Positions 1 to 28,705 of a stretch of DNA of 64,000 nucleotides are shown one piece after another (within the stretch, counting starts at the first letter, position 1; each line of letters opens with the position of its first letter). Under the pieces are notes generated by a model. That model was not told where the DNA came from. It worked only from the letters and a program-made list of their open reading frames with translations, and did not search any database. Made by a program: the position numbers and the translations under genes. Origin of the DNA: Amoebidium appalachense (taxonomy: Eukaryota; Protista; Ichthyosporea); contig CAVNZM010000004.1 in the NCBI GenBank assembly GCA_963693365.1, forward strand, positions 12,366,468-12,430,467, written 5' to 3'.

Positions 1-771
1 TGTGGTATATTTTAGTTCCCCCGAGGGATGATGCCTATTGGTCGACTTGAGCGGACATATAGTTCCTCACAACCTGCAAGCACACAAAATAAACCTTCAC
101 ATTCTACAAGCACACACACCTAGCAAGCTCTAACCCTAATTTCTACACCTTCGTTTTCGTGGTATCGATTTTCACCCCAACCCATTTTCTCCCTTGGTTA
201 CAATTCCACATCTGCTCGGCTTCCCGTTACACAGCACCCTATTATGTGAAGCACTGGCCTTCTTTGTGTATATATTTTTCTATTTCCTGCCCTGTATTGG
301 CAGGGCATCCTAAAACCCGTCTTGCCGAATTATGCTGAAAATATCCAATATTTTGTTTTGTGGCCTATTGGTGGCTGGTGTAAGGTTGGATTTTTAAATG
401 TGGCATTTAGTTTTGGACATCCGGTTCTTGCACATGTGGCCTGAACCGGTCCGGTATGATCGTTGATCCGGTGGATACGACTGTTTGATATGCTGGCGGG
501 CCATGCTATCCAGTCGCCAGGGAAAATAAAGTTGGTATTTTATGCCCGTGCTCTAGCGGGTTCTCGCACGGCAGAAACCCAGATAGAAGTTTTACGGTTT
601 GTAATTAAAGGCTTTATGCCCCATACACACGACAAGTTTTGGGTTTGTAGTGCACCTTTAACACTCTCACGCATGCATGCTAATAATTATAAAAATGCGG
701 GTACTGCTAGCAATAGGGGGGCATGCCTCACGGTGGTGCACCGTGGCCGTGGGCCAAAAGATGGTGCGGAA

Positions 772-802
<31 letters not shown>

Positions 803-964
803 TGTGTTTGTGTGTATGTGCACCGTGTGCATGCCCACATGACTATAACCCCCCCCCCCCCCCCCCCCCCCCTCCGCGGGGAGGGATCAGTGCGGAATCT
901 GGTGCATTCAACATGTGTGTGTGCAGGTCACTCCGCACAGGCATAAGCAGCCCAGCCCCCCCCC

Positions 965-995
<31 letters not shown>

Positions 996-1040
996 ACAGA
1001 CACACCGTGACAAACACCACCACCACCACCACCACCACCA

Positions 1041-1270
1041 CCGGTCGTGGTGTGGGTACCGGTAAATTCAGAGGGCTCAGGCCCATGCACCTACACGGTG
1101 TACCCGTCGCATGTGGTTTGTACCGTACATGCTGCAGTTGGGAATCCCGGTCAGCCGCTGGTGATAACGTTAACAGTGCCAACATGTCTGTCCGGACCTG
1201 GCAAGTATCTCGTAAACCCTTTGGGCGGAACCCACCCTAGAATTCGAGTCTGTACCCATGGCCACACTCG
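1041..1270. mobile_element. Degenerate inverted-repeat (MITE-like) element
   Basis: Left arm ccggtcgtggtgtgggtaccggtaaattcagagggctcaggccc resembles the reverse complement of the right arm (ccgagtgtggccatgggtacagactcgaattctagggtgggttccgccc). Non-coding interior; no clear TSD. Confidence 0.35.
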
Positions 1271-1970
1271 GCTCGGTGGCATAGCAGCGTTGGATTTATT
1301 GGGATATCGATATCTAAATACATAGCGTCTGCTAGTAAGTTGAACTGAAGACACCATTCTATATATGATGGGCTCCTGATCACATGTTAACATACATGTT
1401 ACCACGTGGAGCATAAAGTGAGGCAATCAGGTCGGCCTGTTCGAATTTCAGGCTTGCACCATCCAAGAAGCACAAAAACCTAGTTTTTTCTCAACAATCA
1501 AATATTCAAGTCGCATAGTTCCGTCTTGTTTCAATACACAGCACTTCTGTTCACACAACCGACTCCACAAAAGTAGAGAATCTAGCTCTTAGTGACTTTA
1601 CAAAAAGGCGCTGGTTACCGGCGCAACAGGTACCAACCGCCATATCTTGATTAAACATTCCGGGACAGATTGTCCTTAGCAACAAGAGATATGAACACGA
1701 AAAACGAGAGAATCTGATATCGATGGAACATCATGACTCATGAAATGCACATCGTATCTAATAACCATCAACCAATTCAAAATACCTTTTTGCAATAGTG
1801 AAGTGCCAAGTTCAAAAACATGTCTTGCCACGCCAAAGTGCATCTGTCACAAGCAAGGGTATAGTGACATAATACCCGGCGACAGAGCATACATCAAACT
1901 GAAACAACCATACCCTTATGGATATGTATGTAACATTATCAAGCACATTATGCAATCAAATGCCGATTAT

Positions 1971-2784
1971 TCAGGAGGCAGCAGTGGCATTAACCTCGCG
2001 TGCTGATGTGATGGGCATGATGATCGAGCCCAATCGTTCCTTGCTCCACGTCTTCAGCAGCTTACCGGGCCGAGCAAAAGCCTTCCCAATACTGCTTGTT
2101 GAAGGCTCGGATATGATCCTCATCACACTGATTTTCTCGTTTTTGTTTGACGTCTTGCCGTCGCACGCTTCTGGAACCGTATCGACACTTTCAGCCTCGC
2201 TACCACTGCTCAGAGTCTCGCTGTCAAATCTCAACATTACCTCCTGTAGCACGTAAAGCTCGTCCGAGAATTTCTCGCTGCCGTACAGACAGTTGAGATA
2301 TGACGTGAGTGCACGGGGTCCCCCAAACTCAACCAATACAGCTGCGCCCGTTTCGCCCTCTGCTACCGCCAGCCCAGATGTTGCCTTTCGTTGGTGCGAA
2401 TCGAACACAATAGCGCTCCGGCCACAGACCCCCAACATGGTACTATATCCGCGCGTAGTCAGAATATACGCCTGCGGAATCTTCATTCCTTTGGAGAGAT
2501 TAAGGCCGGCTTCTGCGAAAATCAGTTGCACCGCCTTTGGTAGAGATACACCAAACCCGTCTTTTCCGAGCCCACCAGCATACCAGCGGTCTGAAACGGC
2601 CACACCCAGCTGGGGCAGTTCGTTGCAGACCTCGTCCACACAGGCCATGCTAGACTCGGGTTTGCGCGTATCGTTGAGCGCCAGCCAGTGTGTGTGCCAT
2701 TGGACACCGTCCCTGTGTGGTAGCACGGTTAGATGGTGTTCACAGAATAATGTGCATTGCAGGAGTGTTGTGGCTGCTGCCCCC

Positions 2785-2815
<31 letters not shown>

Positions 2816-3101
2816 AAAAAAAAAAAGGAGTGGCAATGACTGGGTGTTCGTGGTGTAGAAGTTCTTGAGCACTTCGGGGTGTGTGTGTGTGTGTGTTTGT
2901 CTGTGTCGTTTCTGCAGGTATTCACATGCTGCTTTTGCTCTCTGGATGCATGTGTGGGCTTTATAATTTGTGTTTGTGTGTGCGGGCTGTAGGGTGCCTT
3001 TGGTTTGTGTTTGTGTTTGTGTTCGTGTGTGTGACACTGTGTATGTATGTGTGTGTGTGTGTGTGGGTGTGTGTGTGACACTGTGTGTGTGTGTGTGTGA
3101 C

Positions 3102-3137
<36 letters not shown>

Positions 3138-3837
3138 TGCGTGTGTGACTTGAAGCCCCTTGTGTCTTCATTTGTGCATGGATAAAGTGACCTACATAAC
3201 GGCAGCATGTACACATAAGCTAGTGCACATCACATACATAAATACAACACATTCCATTGGCCGATTTAAGCAGTATCATGCAGACTTCGCGTGACTTCTT
3301 CTTTCGAATTGACAAAATCACAACAAAGCTGACGACATGGATACACTTCTTTCTGGTGGGCGAATAGTGGTGCGACCTGTATCTTACTCCTCCTTTATTC
3401 TTTTACAGGCTTGCAAGTAAGATGCTTTGATACAATGTTTGTGTCTTAAACGGCTCTCTTGTCGGTTTCCTCCGCAACAAATGTAATGCAAAAATGCAAG
3501 CGAAATCTCTATCGTATGTGCTCGTAATTGCATAACAAGGTGGAAGACATGATACAGGAGGCACAACGACAAAACCATAAAAGCCTCGTGCATTCGTATG
3601 TAGAGGACAAAGTTACCTGATTATTTCTGATGCTCTCTCCTTCGTTTTGATGAATTTTTTAACACTCCCCCCTGCCCGCAGATACCCAGCCGAGGCCAAA
3701 CAGGCAATGGTTGTGCACGCCAAATCCCCGGTCTTCCCCAAGTCGTTTTGGGCCAACCTATACTGTGTGACTTTCTGGCCTGGCCGTGACTGCAAGTGCG
3801 AAGGCAGCCCAGAGGCCATAGGGCTTGTCATCATCAT
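1971..3837 (-). CDS. Putative viral-tegument-like deubiquitinase/cysteine protease (Peptidase C76/VTD-like), 2 exons, ~320 aa
   Basis: Exon 1 3837-3617 (MMMTSP...[25 protein letters not shown]...EII, donor AG|GTAAC) joins in phase 2 to exon 2 2712-1971 (CAG|G; [11 protein letters not shown]...[27 protein letters not shown]...GAAVLVEF...YLNCLY...). The total of 963 nt is in frame. The Gln...Cys helix motif and hydrophobic-F-D-S-H motif match the herpes UL36/BPLF1-type fold. The 3' end could be spliced further. Confidence 0.65.
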
Positions 3838-6254
3838 TTTCGCGCGAATTTGGGTGAGAAACTTACGAGTATTATCTACAAAAATGTGAAAACTCACAAA
3901 AACAGCCTTGTCGGCGACTCGATTTCTTAACAGGTTTTCAAAACAAACAAAGGTGTTTAAAAGGGGATTTCTGCAAGTGCTCACGTCAATCTCTGATAAT
4001 ATAACAATGCAAGCTTTAATAAACACATAAAGGCATTACATTAACAGAATCACATGGCAAACACAATTTTTGATGGCCGGTGAAGAAGGGTGTGTGAAGC
4101 AATCTGTCCTTTAAATTTTGTGCTCATAACATAGGGTATCGCTCCCGAGAGGCTCAGAACAGGCACGCACCAAATTCCAACATGTGTTGAAGCGCATATG
4201 CATGCCTTTGTGCTCGTTGCTCAGTTTTGAGGCGGCTCATACACCGTGGATAGAGGGGGAGAGCTAGACCTGTCACCACACCGCTATCAACACCGACTCA
4301 GGTTAGCGAAAGTAGAAAAAAAAAAAAAGTCAGAAAGCAAACAGCAGAGACTGAACGCAAATACAAACCCTTCACTTGTTTTTACTAACGTGCGGCATCC
4401 CTATAGCACATCCAGCCAATAGGGAGCCGCTAACAGGCGAATTTTCATGAGGTGTGTAAAAAACCAGTATTCGGGCATTGAATCATACAAAATATGATGC
4501 CCAGAGGACGGATCAATGCGTCTTTCGGGTCGATTCAACAAGCTAACCAACAATAGGAGCATTTTATGTTCATACTACACAGGAATCTCATATCACAATG
4601 TTTTACGGCTCGAGGGAGGGCTCCGAGCAGTTGCAGTACTTTAGTGACGAGGGTAGAACTCATTTAGCACCGCTCTAGAATCTAGATCTGCGCTCACAGA
4701 TGAGTAGATGTACAAGCTGGTACCAATGCTTCACCATGGCAGCCTCCAGCCCAGCTGCTTATAGTGATCATCACTAGCCTAAGTCTAACATAAGGACCGT
4801 GGAAGCTATTCAGCAGCAGGGATTTAGCCGTTCTTTATATTTTTTTGGGATCTAATTTTCATTATGTCCGTTTCCTAGACTTCATACACTTTCCCACGGG
4901 GTGAAAAGGATTGATGCGTCACCGTGAGCCACGGGATCCCCGAAAACTAACTATTGTGGGGGGTATCGTGTGCAAATTTGTGTTCATGACCTCAGTCATT
5001 GTGGCTCACTCTATGTAACATAAAGCCTTTCCTATGATCTTCGTGAAAATAATGTTACGAAAACAAATATTAGTCCCTGATGACGACCTGGATAGACATA
5101 TCCGAGAAAACAGTTTGTACTATGTCCCGCGAGCTCTCTCACTCTGGGAGTTACGTGTCAATTAATCAAGGCTAATTTGAAAATCGGGTTTTATGTAGAT
5201 CACTCGGATGAAAGTCCAAGCTCAGCTGGGCATTAATGAAAAAAGCGTCTCGTCAGACTGAAATCTATGGTTGAGTGCGAGAATTTGGTTTTTTGAATAT
5301 ATTTATGACTACTATGACTATGTCTGCAACGAACTCTCGCTCCTCTGGAAGTTCCCAAAGACTCCTGGTTAGTGGTTTCTCAGTATCAGTAGTGCCGGTA
5401 TCGGGGGATTCTGTCCCGACCAGTCGACCGATCACCTGCCGCCAATCAAGCGGTGCTACGCTCTTGGAATTTGACCGCAGTGTGACGTCAGCGCAGGCCT
5501 CAGGCCCGTTCCAACGGTGGCGAAAAGAATCGTCGTCTCTCATGTCCAAGACGTATAAAAAGATAGGCTCGCTTCCTTCGGCAGTATGTAAAGCCGTTCT
5601 GGTAATTAGAATCAAAATGAGTTCTTGATATACGCTTCTGCGCAAATGATCCGTATATTTATAACCTGTGGGGATAGAATGATACAGAATCACTTGAATA
5701 CTACCTAATGATCTGTGATCCTCTAAGCGGCATCTTGTGTACATGACAAATAGCCAACCGAAAATACGGACATCTGGCCCCAAAAATACCTCGAAAGTGC
5801 GGTTGGTGATCAAAATGTGGGCAGCGCAGAGTCCGACAGAGGCGCTAAAGGGATAAAAAAGGTTGCCACCAACTCACAGAGCCTTACAAGATCATTATTA
5901 TAGAAGTTTGCTTGTTGTTTGACTAAAAATAACCAGAGAGGCTAATTTTCAAGGTTTCGGGCTAACTAGTTGACATTGAGAGATGCGGCACCAGGCCACA
6001 GTGGCCAGGCGGCCACAAACGGTTGTGGACGCTGGAATGTAAACAAATCGGAAGAGCGGGGCGGTCATGGGTTCGTTTTAGCATCAGCTCCTTTTATAGT
6101 ATATCGTGGGTGTTATCAATTGGCTAACGTCCATTCCACGTGCTCTCTCAACCAATCAAAGCTAGCCCGTTGTTTGAATTTGCGAAACCCCCGGGAATCG
6201 ACTCTCGACTTTTCGCTTACAACTGGTGCCACACGTGTGCATTGTGCGGGAGAA

Positions 6255-6266
6255 AGTGTGTGTCAC

Positions 6267-6339
<73 letters not shown>

Positions 6340-6453
6340 TGCGTGCGCGCGTGTGTGTGTGTGTGTGCACGCGTGTGTGTGTGTGTGCGTGTGACGGTGT
6401 GTGCGTGCGTGCGTGTGTGTGTGTAGAGAGAGCGAGAGAGAAAGGGGGGGGGA

Positions 6454-6509
<56 letters not shown>

Positions 6510-6643
6510 GAGACAGAGAGAGAGAGAGAGAATGTGTGTGTGCGTGAGCGAGAGAGGGGGGGGGGGGGGGGGGGAGGGAGGGAAAGTGGGGGAGGGGGGG
6601 GGAGGGGGAGAGAGAGAGGGAGAGGGGGAGGGGGGGGGGGGGA

Positions 6644-6688
<45 letters not shown>

Positions 6689-6979
6689 AGGGAGGGAGGG
6701 AGGGAGGGAGGGAGGGGGAGAGAGAGAGAGAAAGAGAGAGAGAGACTGTGTGTGTGCGTGTGTGACTGTGTGTGTGCCCGGTGTACATGTGCGTGTGTTT
6801 CTATTTTTCTGGCCTTAGGCTATATGTGTGTGTGCGTGCGTGTGTTTGTGCGCGTGTGCGGGTGGGCGACTGTCACAATGTACGGTTTGTGTGTGTTTCG
6901 CCCTATGTGTATGTGTGTGTGTGTGTGGGGGGGGGTTTGGTCACCCTGTGTGTGTGTGTGTCGGTGTATGTGCGCGTTT

Positions 6980-7076
<97 letters not shown>

Positions 7077-7180
7077 TGTGTGTGTGTGTGTGTGTGTGCG
7101 GAAGTGTGTGTGCGCGCGTGTGACACTGTGCGTGTGTATGCACGTGTGCAGCCCTGAGAGTGTGTGGGTATGTGCGTGCA
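6255..7180. repeat. Compound microsatellite block: (GT)n, (GA)n, poly-G, (GGGA)n, (GCGT)n
   Basis: Directly visible simple-repeat arrays; source of the CVCV/ERER/HTHT ORFs. Confidence 0.95.
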
Positions 7181-7300
7181 TGAGTTAAGTGCATGCACCA
7201 GTGTGAGTAAATGGCAGTCAGTAGGAGCCTCAAAAGCTTCTACCCGGGTCACCTGAGGGTGCCAGACTTGTTATGATCATCATGTATGATCTATCAGTAA

Positions 7301-7359
7301 GGTTCATCTACTATGCTTGCCGCCCGAGTACGGTTCATCTACTATGCTTGCCGCCCGAG
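7301..7359. repeat. Two-copy tandem duplication (~31 bp period)
   Basis: ggttcatctactatgcttgccgcccgag occurs at 7301-7328 and 7332-7359. Confidence 0.9.
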
Positions 7360-7450
7360 GGTGACACATGCCTCCCCACCCCTCCCCCCTCCCCCTCCCC
7401 CCCCCCGTCCCCCCCCCCCCCCCCCCCCCCCCCCCCGCCCCTTGCCCCCC

Positions 7451-7484
<34 letters not shown>

Positions 7485-7634
7485 GTCAGACACACCCTAC
7501 CGCCGCGGCCACCGCCCGCTGGGCCCTTCACATGGGCCGCGGGGCCGCATAGCACCTTTAGACCAGATTTAGCAGGGTCCGGATTGAACACGGATCCCAC
7601 GGCCAGTTCCCCCCTCTCCCCCAGGCCTCCTGCG

Positions 7635-7670
<36 letters not shown>

Positions 7671-9237
7671 CTCGAGCCCGGGACCACTCCCCCCCGCCTG
7701 GCCCACGAGAACACCCCCCACCTCCCGCTCCTTCTCCACCTCTCCCTCCCCCCCCCCCCTCCCCCCCCCCCCCCCCAAAAAAAAAAAAAAAAAAGAAAAA
7801 AGGAAAAGACGAGAAGAAAAGAGGAAAAGAAAACCCAAATAATCGACCATAAAGCGCTTCCGCCCTCCCCACCCCCTCAGCAACCTTTACAGTATCGAAG
7901 GAAAGGCCGGTTTTTGACACCTAGCAGTGAGCAGGATGAGCCTCTGCCCCCCCCCCCAAGTTCTTATACTACATCTTGTAATTTGATTGTCAAATGAACT
8001 AGGCGGGGGGGGGGGGGAGGGGGGAGGGGAGGGGGGGGGGGGGGGGGGGCAGCTGAGGGGACTGTTGGGGGTTGGGTCTGATGTTGGTTCCTCCCCCTCC
8101 TTCCCGCCCCCCCCCCCCCCCTCCCGCACACTCCAGCACACTCCAACCCCCACCCCTCTTCCTTTAGGAACCACAGGAGTGTTCCCCACTCCCCCTCCCC
8201 TCAGCGGGAAGAGGGACCCACCTGTCTGGTGGGGTAGTAGGTCCTCCCTCCCCCCCTCCCTCCCCCCGGTGCAATGTCCAAACATCTCTCTCCGACTCCA
8301 TTGAACACATCCACCAACCCATATTCGCTAGCACGATCAACAATTAATTTTTATCATTTTTGAGGGCAACATTATCGACGTGCTCACGGAGCCGTTGTGC
8401 CTGTGTGTGTCTATTTCTACCTGTGGGAATGTATGTGTGCACGAACGGCTTGGTGTGCCAATATGATTTTGTGTGTGTGTTTTTTGGTGTGTTGCGGGCC
8501 GCATGGTACCAGGTTCTCCAGCATGTGTGTGTATACATCGTGTGGTTTGAAGAATGTAGCAATGTGCCTGATTCCACAGTGCCGCATACGTGTGTGTTAA
8601 TGTTTTTGTAATGGTGTGCATGTATGTTTAAGTGTGTGTACGTGTGCATGTGTCACGTATGCCACAGTGCCACGGCGCTCTTGTTGTGTGCAAATGGTCA
8701 CCATCTGCGTGCCTAGCTGGCCTCTGCCTGTGTCAGTGCTAATCGCTCGCGCACATGCATGTGTATATTTGTGCGTGTGCCTGCATGTATGTGTGTTGTT
8801 GGTGATGGTATATGCACGCTGAGTTGTGCGCTTGCAAGAGGGCAAGGAGGGGGGAGGGGGGGGGGGGTGGTAGTGGGTTCGGAGGGATGGGGGCAACGGG
8901 GGAGAATATAAAGAGAGAGACTGGGGGGAGGGGGGGAGGGGGAGAGGGCAGGAGGAGGTGGATTTAGGAAGTTAGCTGAGAGGCTCTGAGGTTTTCCGTG
9001 GAGCGTTTGTAATCATAGTGTGTCAGACGACGCCAGAGTATGTATGCTTGCTGTGCTTGTTCCCGTCAAATAAGTCGGGGAATATCTTCATGTACATCAT
9101 CATGTGCAGGTGCACATTGCAGAGTTGTGCATCTTCGATTCAATTCGTGTGCCACGTGTGGTACATGTGTGTGCAAGTATGTGCAAAATGTATATGAAAG
9201 TGTGGAGGTGCGTGGCGCGTGGGAGACTAGAGGCGCC

Positions 9238-9285
<48 letters not shown>

Positions 9286-9314
9286 CCTTTCTTCCCCCCC
9301 CCTCCCCCCCCCCC

Positions 9315-9396
<82 letters not shown>

Positions 9397-9934
9397 TACA
9401 CACCCTAGTACCCTCTCCTGGGCGGCGGCGGGGGGAGGGGGGGGGGGGGGAGGAGGGGCCGGGGTATGCCCGTAGCTTGTAGCCTGATCAGGTTTCTGGT
9501 GATCGATGATTTCTAAGCCTTATGTTTGTGTACATGTCTGGGAATATAGTATACGGCTGCTAATCTTAGACTAAGTACTTTCATATGATGATCATGGTAT
9601 CTATCTGATATAGTCATGGCAGCCTGTGAAGTTGGTGGGTTCCTTCTCTATCCCCCCAGAGAGTCACGGCCCAACCACATCAACCTGCTCTATGCAGAAA
9701 TAACTGCTAAAAGCAGGATTATTCTGCTAATAGCAATTTTGTTCTGAAAAGCAGAATCAATGATTCTGCTATAGACAGATTTAATCTGCAAAAAGCAGAC
9801 TTCAACTACTTAAGCTTAAGCAGAATCATTCTGCTTGCAGCAAGTGTATTCTGCTGCCGTGAGCAGAAGAATTAAGGCCCCTTAAAGTTTTGCGAATAAT
9901 CCTTTTAAGATAAGATCAGAACAATCATTGCTAA

Positions 9935-10422
9935 GGGCGTGTTTGGCAGCGCAGTTATATCGTGTCTTTATCGTATTCGTCTTTTCGCGTAATGACACGA
10001 TTCCGAAAATGTGTCCTGCCAAACACGCCACAGCTTTCCGGACACGATAGAGATGTTGGACATCGAACTTTTATCGTGTTTTACGCTTGAAAATGGAGGT
10101 GATTTTTGAAAACACGGTATAACTTTTAGCCAATCGAATCGCTTTAAGCTGTTACATCTAATTTACGATTGGTTTATTGACTACCAATGAAATCGTGGAA
10201 ACGATGATATCTCGCATTCCTGTGTTGTATCAAGATATTGTGCAATTTGTGTGACTGTCGAATGTCGATGTCGAAGCGGGAACGTGTTTAGGCGTGTTTG
10301 GTACGCCATAATCGTATCATTACCCCTAAAGACGCATACCACAAAATAATTTTATGAACACGATTATTCGTCTTTTCGCGAAATGACACGAATACGATTA
10401 TTTTCGGCTGCCAAACACGCCT
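9935..10422. mobile_element. MITE with GGGCGTGTTTGGCAGC-type terminal inverted repeats (PIF/Harbinger/Tourist-like)
   Basis: Left end (TAA)GGGCGTGTTTGGCAGC at 9935; right end GCTGCCAAACACGCCT ending at 10422 and followed by TCA. Internal TIR copies at ~10015-10029 and ~10291-10301. AT-rich, non-coding. Confidence 0.7.
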
Positions 10423-10600
10423 TCAAAATGATTCTGCTCAAAGCAGATTACGTCTGGTCAGAGGCTCAGAGCAGAATATTTTTGCCTTTTGCAGAACAAT
10501 TCTTCTCGAAGCAAGTTGACTCTGCCGATGCCCTCCAGGGTTGGTGGTGGGTTGACGGGGTGTGGGGATAGGGGCGGGGGGGACCCCTCCACTCAGGTGG

Positions 10601-10633
<33 letters not shown>

Positions 10634-11693
10634 TCCCCATGGCTGCTGCCTATACCCCGTTGGGGGGAGGGAGGGGGGCGGAGGGGGGGGGGGGGGGGGG
10701 GTAAGCTAGTCATAGTGCTTTCACATGTGATCATGATAACCTGATATAATCATTACCGCCTATATAGGCTGGGTGTCCCCCCCCCCCTCCCCCCCCTTCC
10801 CATTTTTCCCTACATAATACTACTCCCAAAGGTCCCACAAGGGTGCCGGAGCGCAACAGGCTAGCCACCAGCATACAGTGTGCATTTAGACCATGCCACA
10901 TGTATATCCACCACACAGATGCTACCCTAGCCTGCCTGACAACCTACCACTTGCACTCGAGGTGCATCCTTCCTTGGCCGCCCTCATAGTTGCCACTAGT
11001 GGATGTCCTTTTATTGAATCATCCTGCCACATGGGCACATCCCATATTCCCTACCACAAGGGGGATTCATGCATGTGTGCGCATGTGCACGACTCTGTGC
11101 CTTTATTGTGTGTGTATGCCTGCACACACCCATACCACCACCCAGAGCTCTGAGGTCATGCGGCATACCCATTTGACCGGTGCTTACCGGGGCTATTACA
11201 ATAGCAAGAAAGCAGAAAATGCAGCAGTGTTTACACTTGCGCATTATTGTTAACTAATGAAGTAATTTGTGCTTCTATCGGCAGTTGAAGTACTTAAGGT
11301 TTTTGCAGAATATGCCCTGCGCGGCTGTTATGGGCTAATTTTTAAGACACCACCCTCGTCTGAACAACGAAAGGCGCCCACAGTTTGATTAAACTGCAAA
11401 GAACTTAACACTCAAACCATGGTTGGAATATAACTTATCGAGTTTCCGGAAACAGTACTAAAGGTTTTAAATACTACAGTATTTTATCACAGTGTTTACC
11501 CCTATATGGTGGCGGAAGCACCAGAGTAAATCAAGAGCATAACTGCATGAGTGTAACGCCTCGTGAGCAACGATTATCATATCTCATATCTAACACATGC
11601 ATATCATTAATGAACCACGGGCACACAAATCCTCCTTAAGCTATTAAATATGGTGCAACGCAGACCTGGCCCCGAATTCATCAAATTTCTTGC

Positions 11694-27931
<16,238 letters not shown>

Positions 27932-28629
27932 CCATTTTATGACTTTAAAGGGGAAGTGGGGAAATTATCATTGCAGTTAGCGCTTCCGCCCTGTGATTTC
28001 CCAAGTTGCCTGGCCTGTTTCATTCACCCCTCCTGGGACCGACTTGCACGAGGCTCCTACAGCACAGCCTGCCACTATGGTGTCAGATATCTACGCTAGC
28101 ACATTTTCATCGAGCTTTCACATAATTCTGTACACTTCTGTCCATAATGTTCCCCACGCAATCACGTCAAACTGCTTTGTTTTGAGACGTGCGGTCGAGC
28201 AACTTCGGCACACGAAACTAGGTACATGACCGCCGGGCTGGTGCAGAACTGGCAGTCTGCAGTCCGAAGAAAAATTGAATTGGGCGCCTTTGACCGTTGC
28301 GGAAATGGGTAAATATTTGATCGTCCAGCGCTGAACTGTTATGAAGAAAAAATAACTGAAATACCTGTAGGTAAAGTAGCCAAGTAATAAATTTTTTGTA
28401 ATAAACAGATGTTTATATTTATGCCTCCTGCGCTGAATATACGCACAACTTAAATATACGGGCTACGACCGAATGCTCTGCCTCCTAGCCCTGTAGACGG
28501 TCTAGGCTCTCCGGGTTTGCAGCGTTTAGAAATTCCGCTTTACTATTGGTGCATCCAACTCAAAAAAATTTGGGGTGCTACTTCCAAGATTTTCGTGTGA
28601 CGACGGTGTTGGGGTTGGGGTGCGGCAAT

Positions 28630-28637
28630 TATAAAAG
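28630..28637 (+). promoter_or_regulatory. Candidate TATA box of the ACBP gene
   Basis: TATAAAAG about 75 nt upstream of the ACBP ATG (28706), in the short divergent region shared with the PH-domain gene. Confidence 0.45.
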
Positions 28638-28705
28638 GTCAAAGGCTACGAGTTCGTTTTACACCATCCCCTCCAAGTAGTCACCAAAATTCCTGACAAG
28701 CAAAC

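Noticed and set aside
5070-5115. CTGATGA...GAAA resembling a hammerhead ribozyme core
   Set aside because: Stem II does not close next to the core and I found no convincing stems I and III.
5265-5813. Overlapping ORFs 5275-5628 (+) and 5265-5813 (-) in non-repetitive DNA
   Set aside because: No recognisable domain or splice partners; a small orphan gene cannot be excluded but is unsupported.
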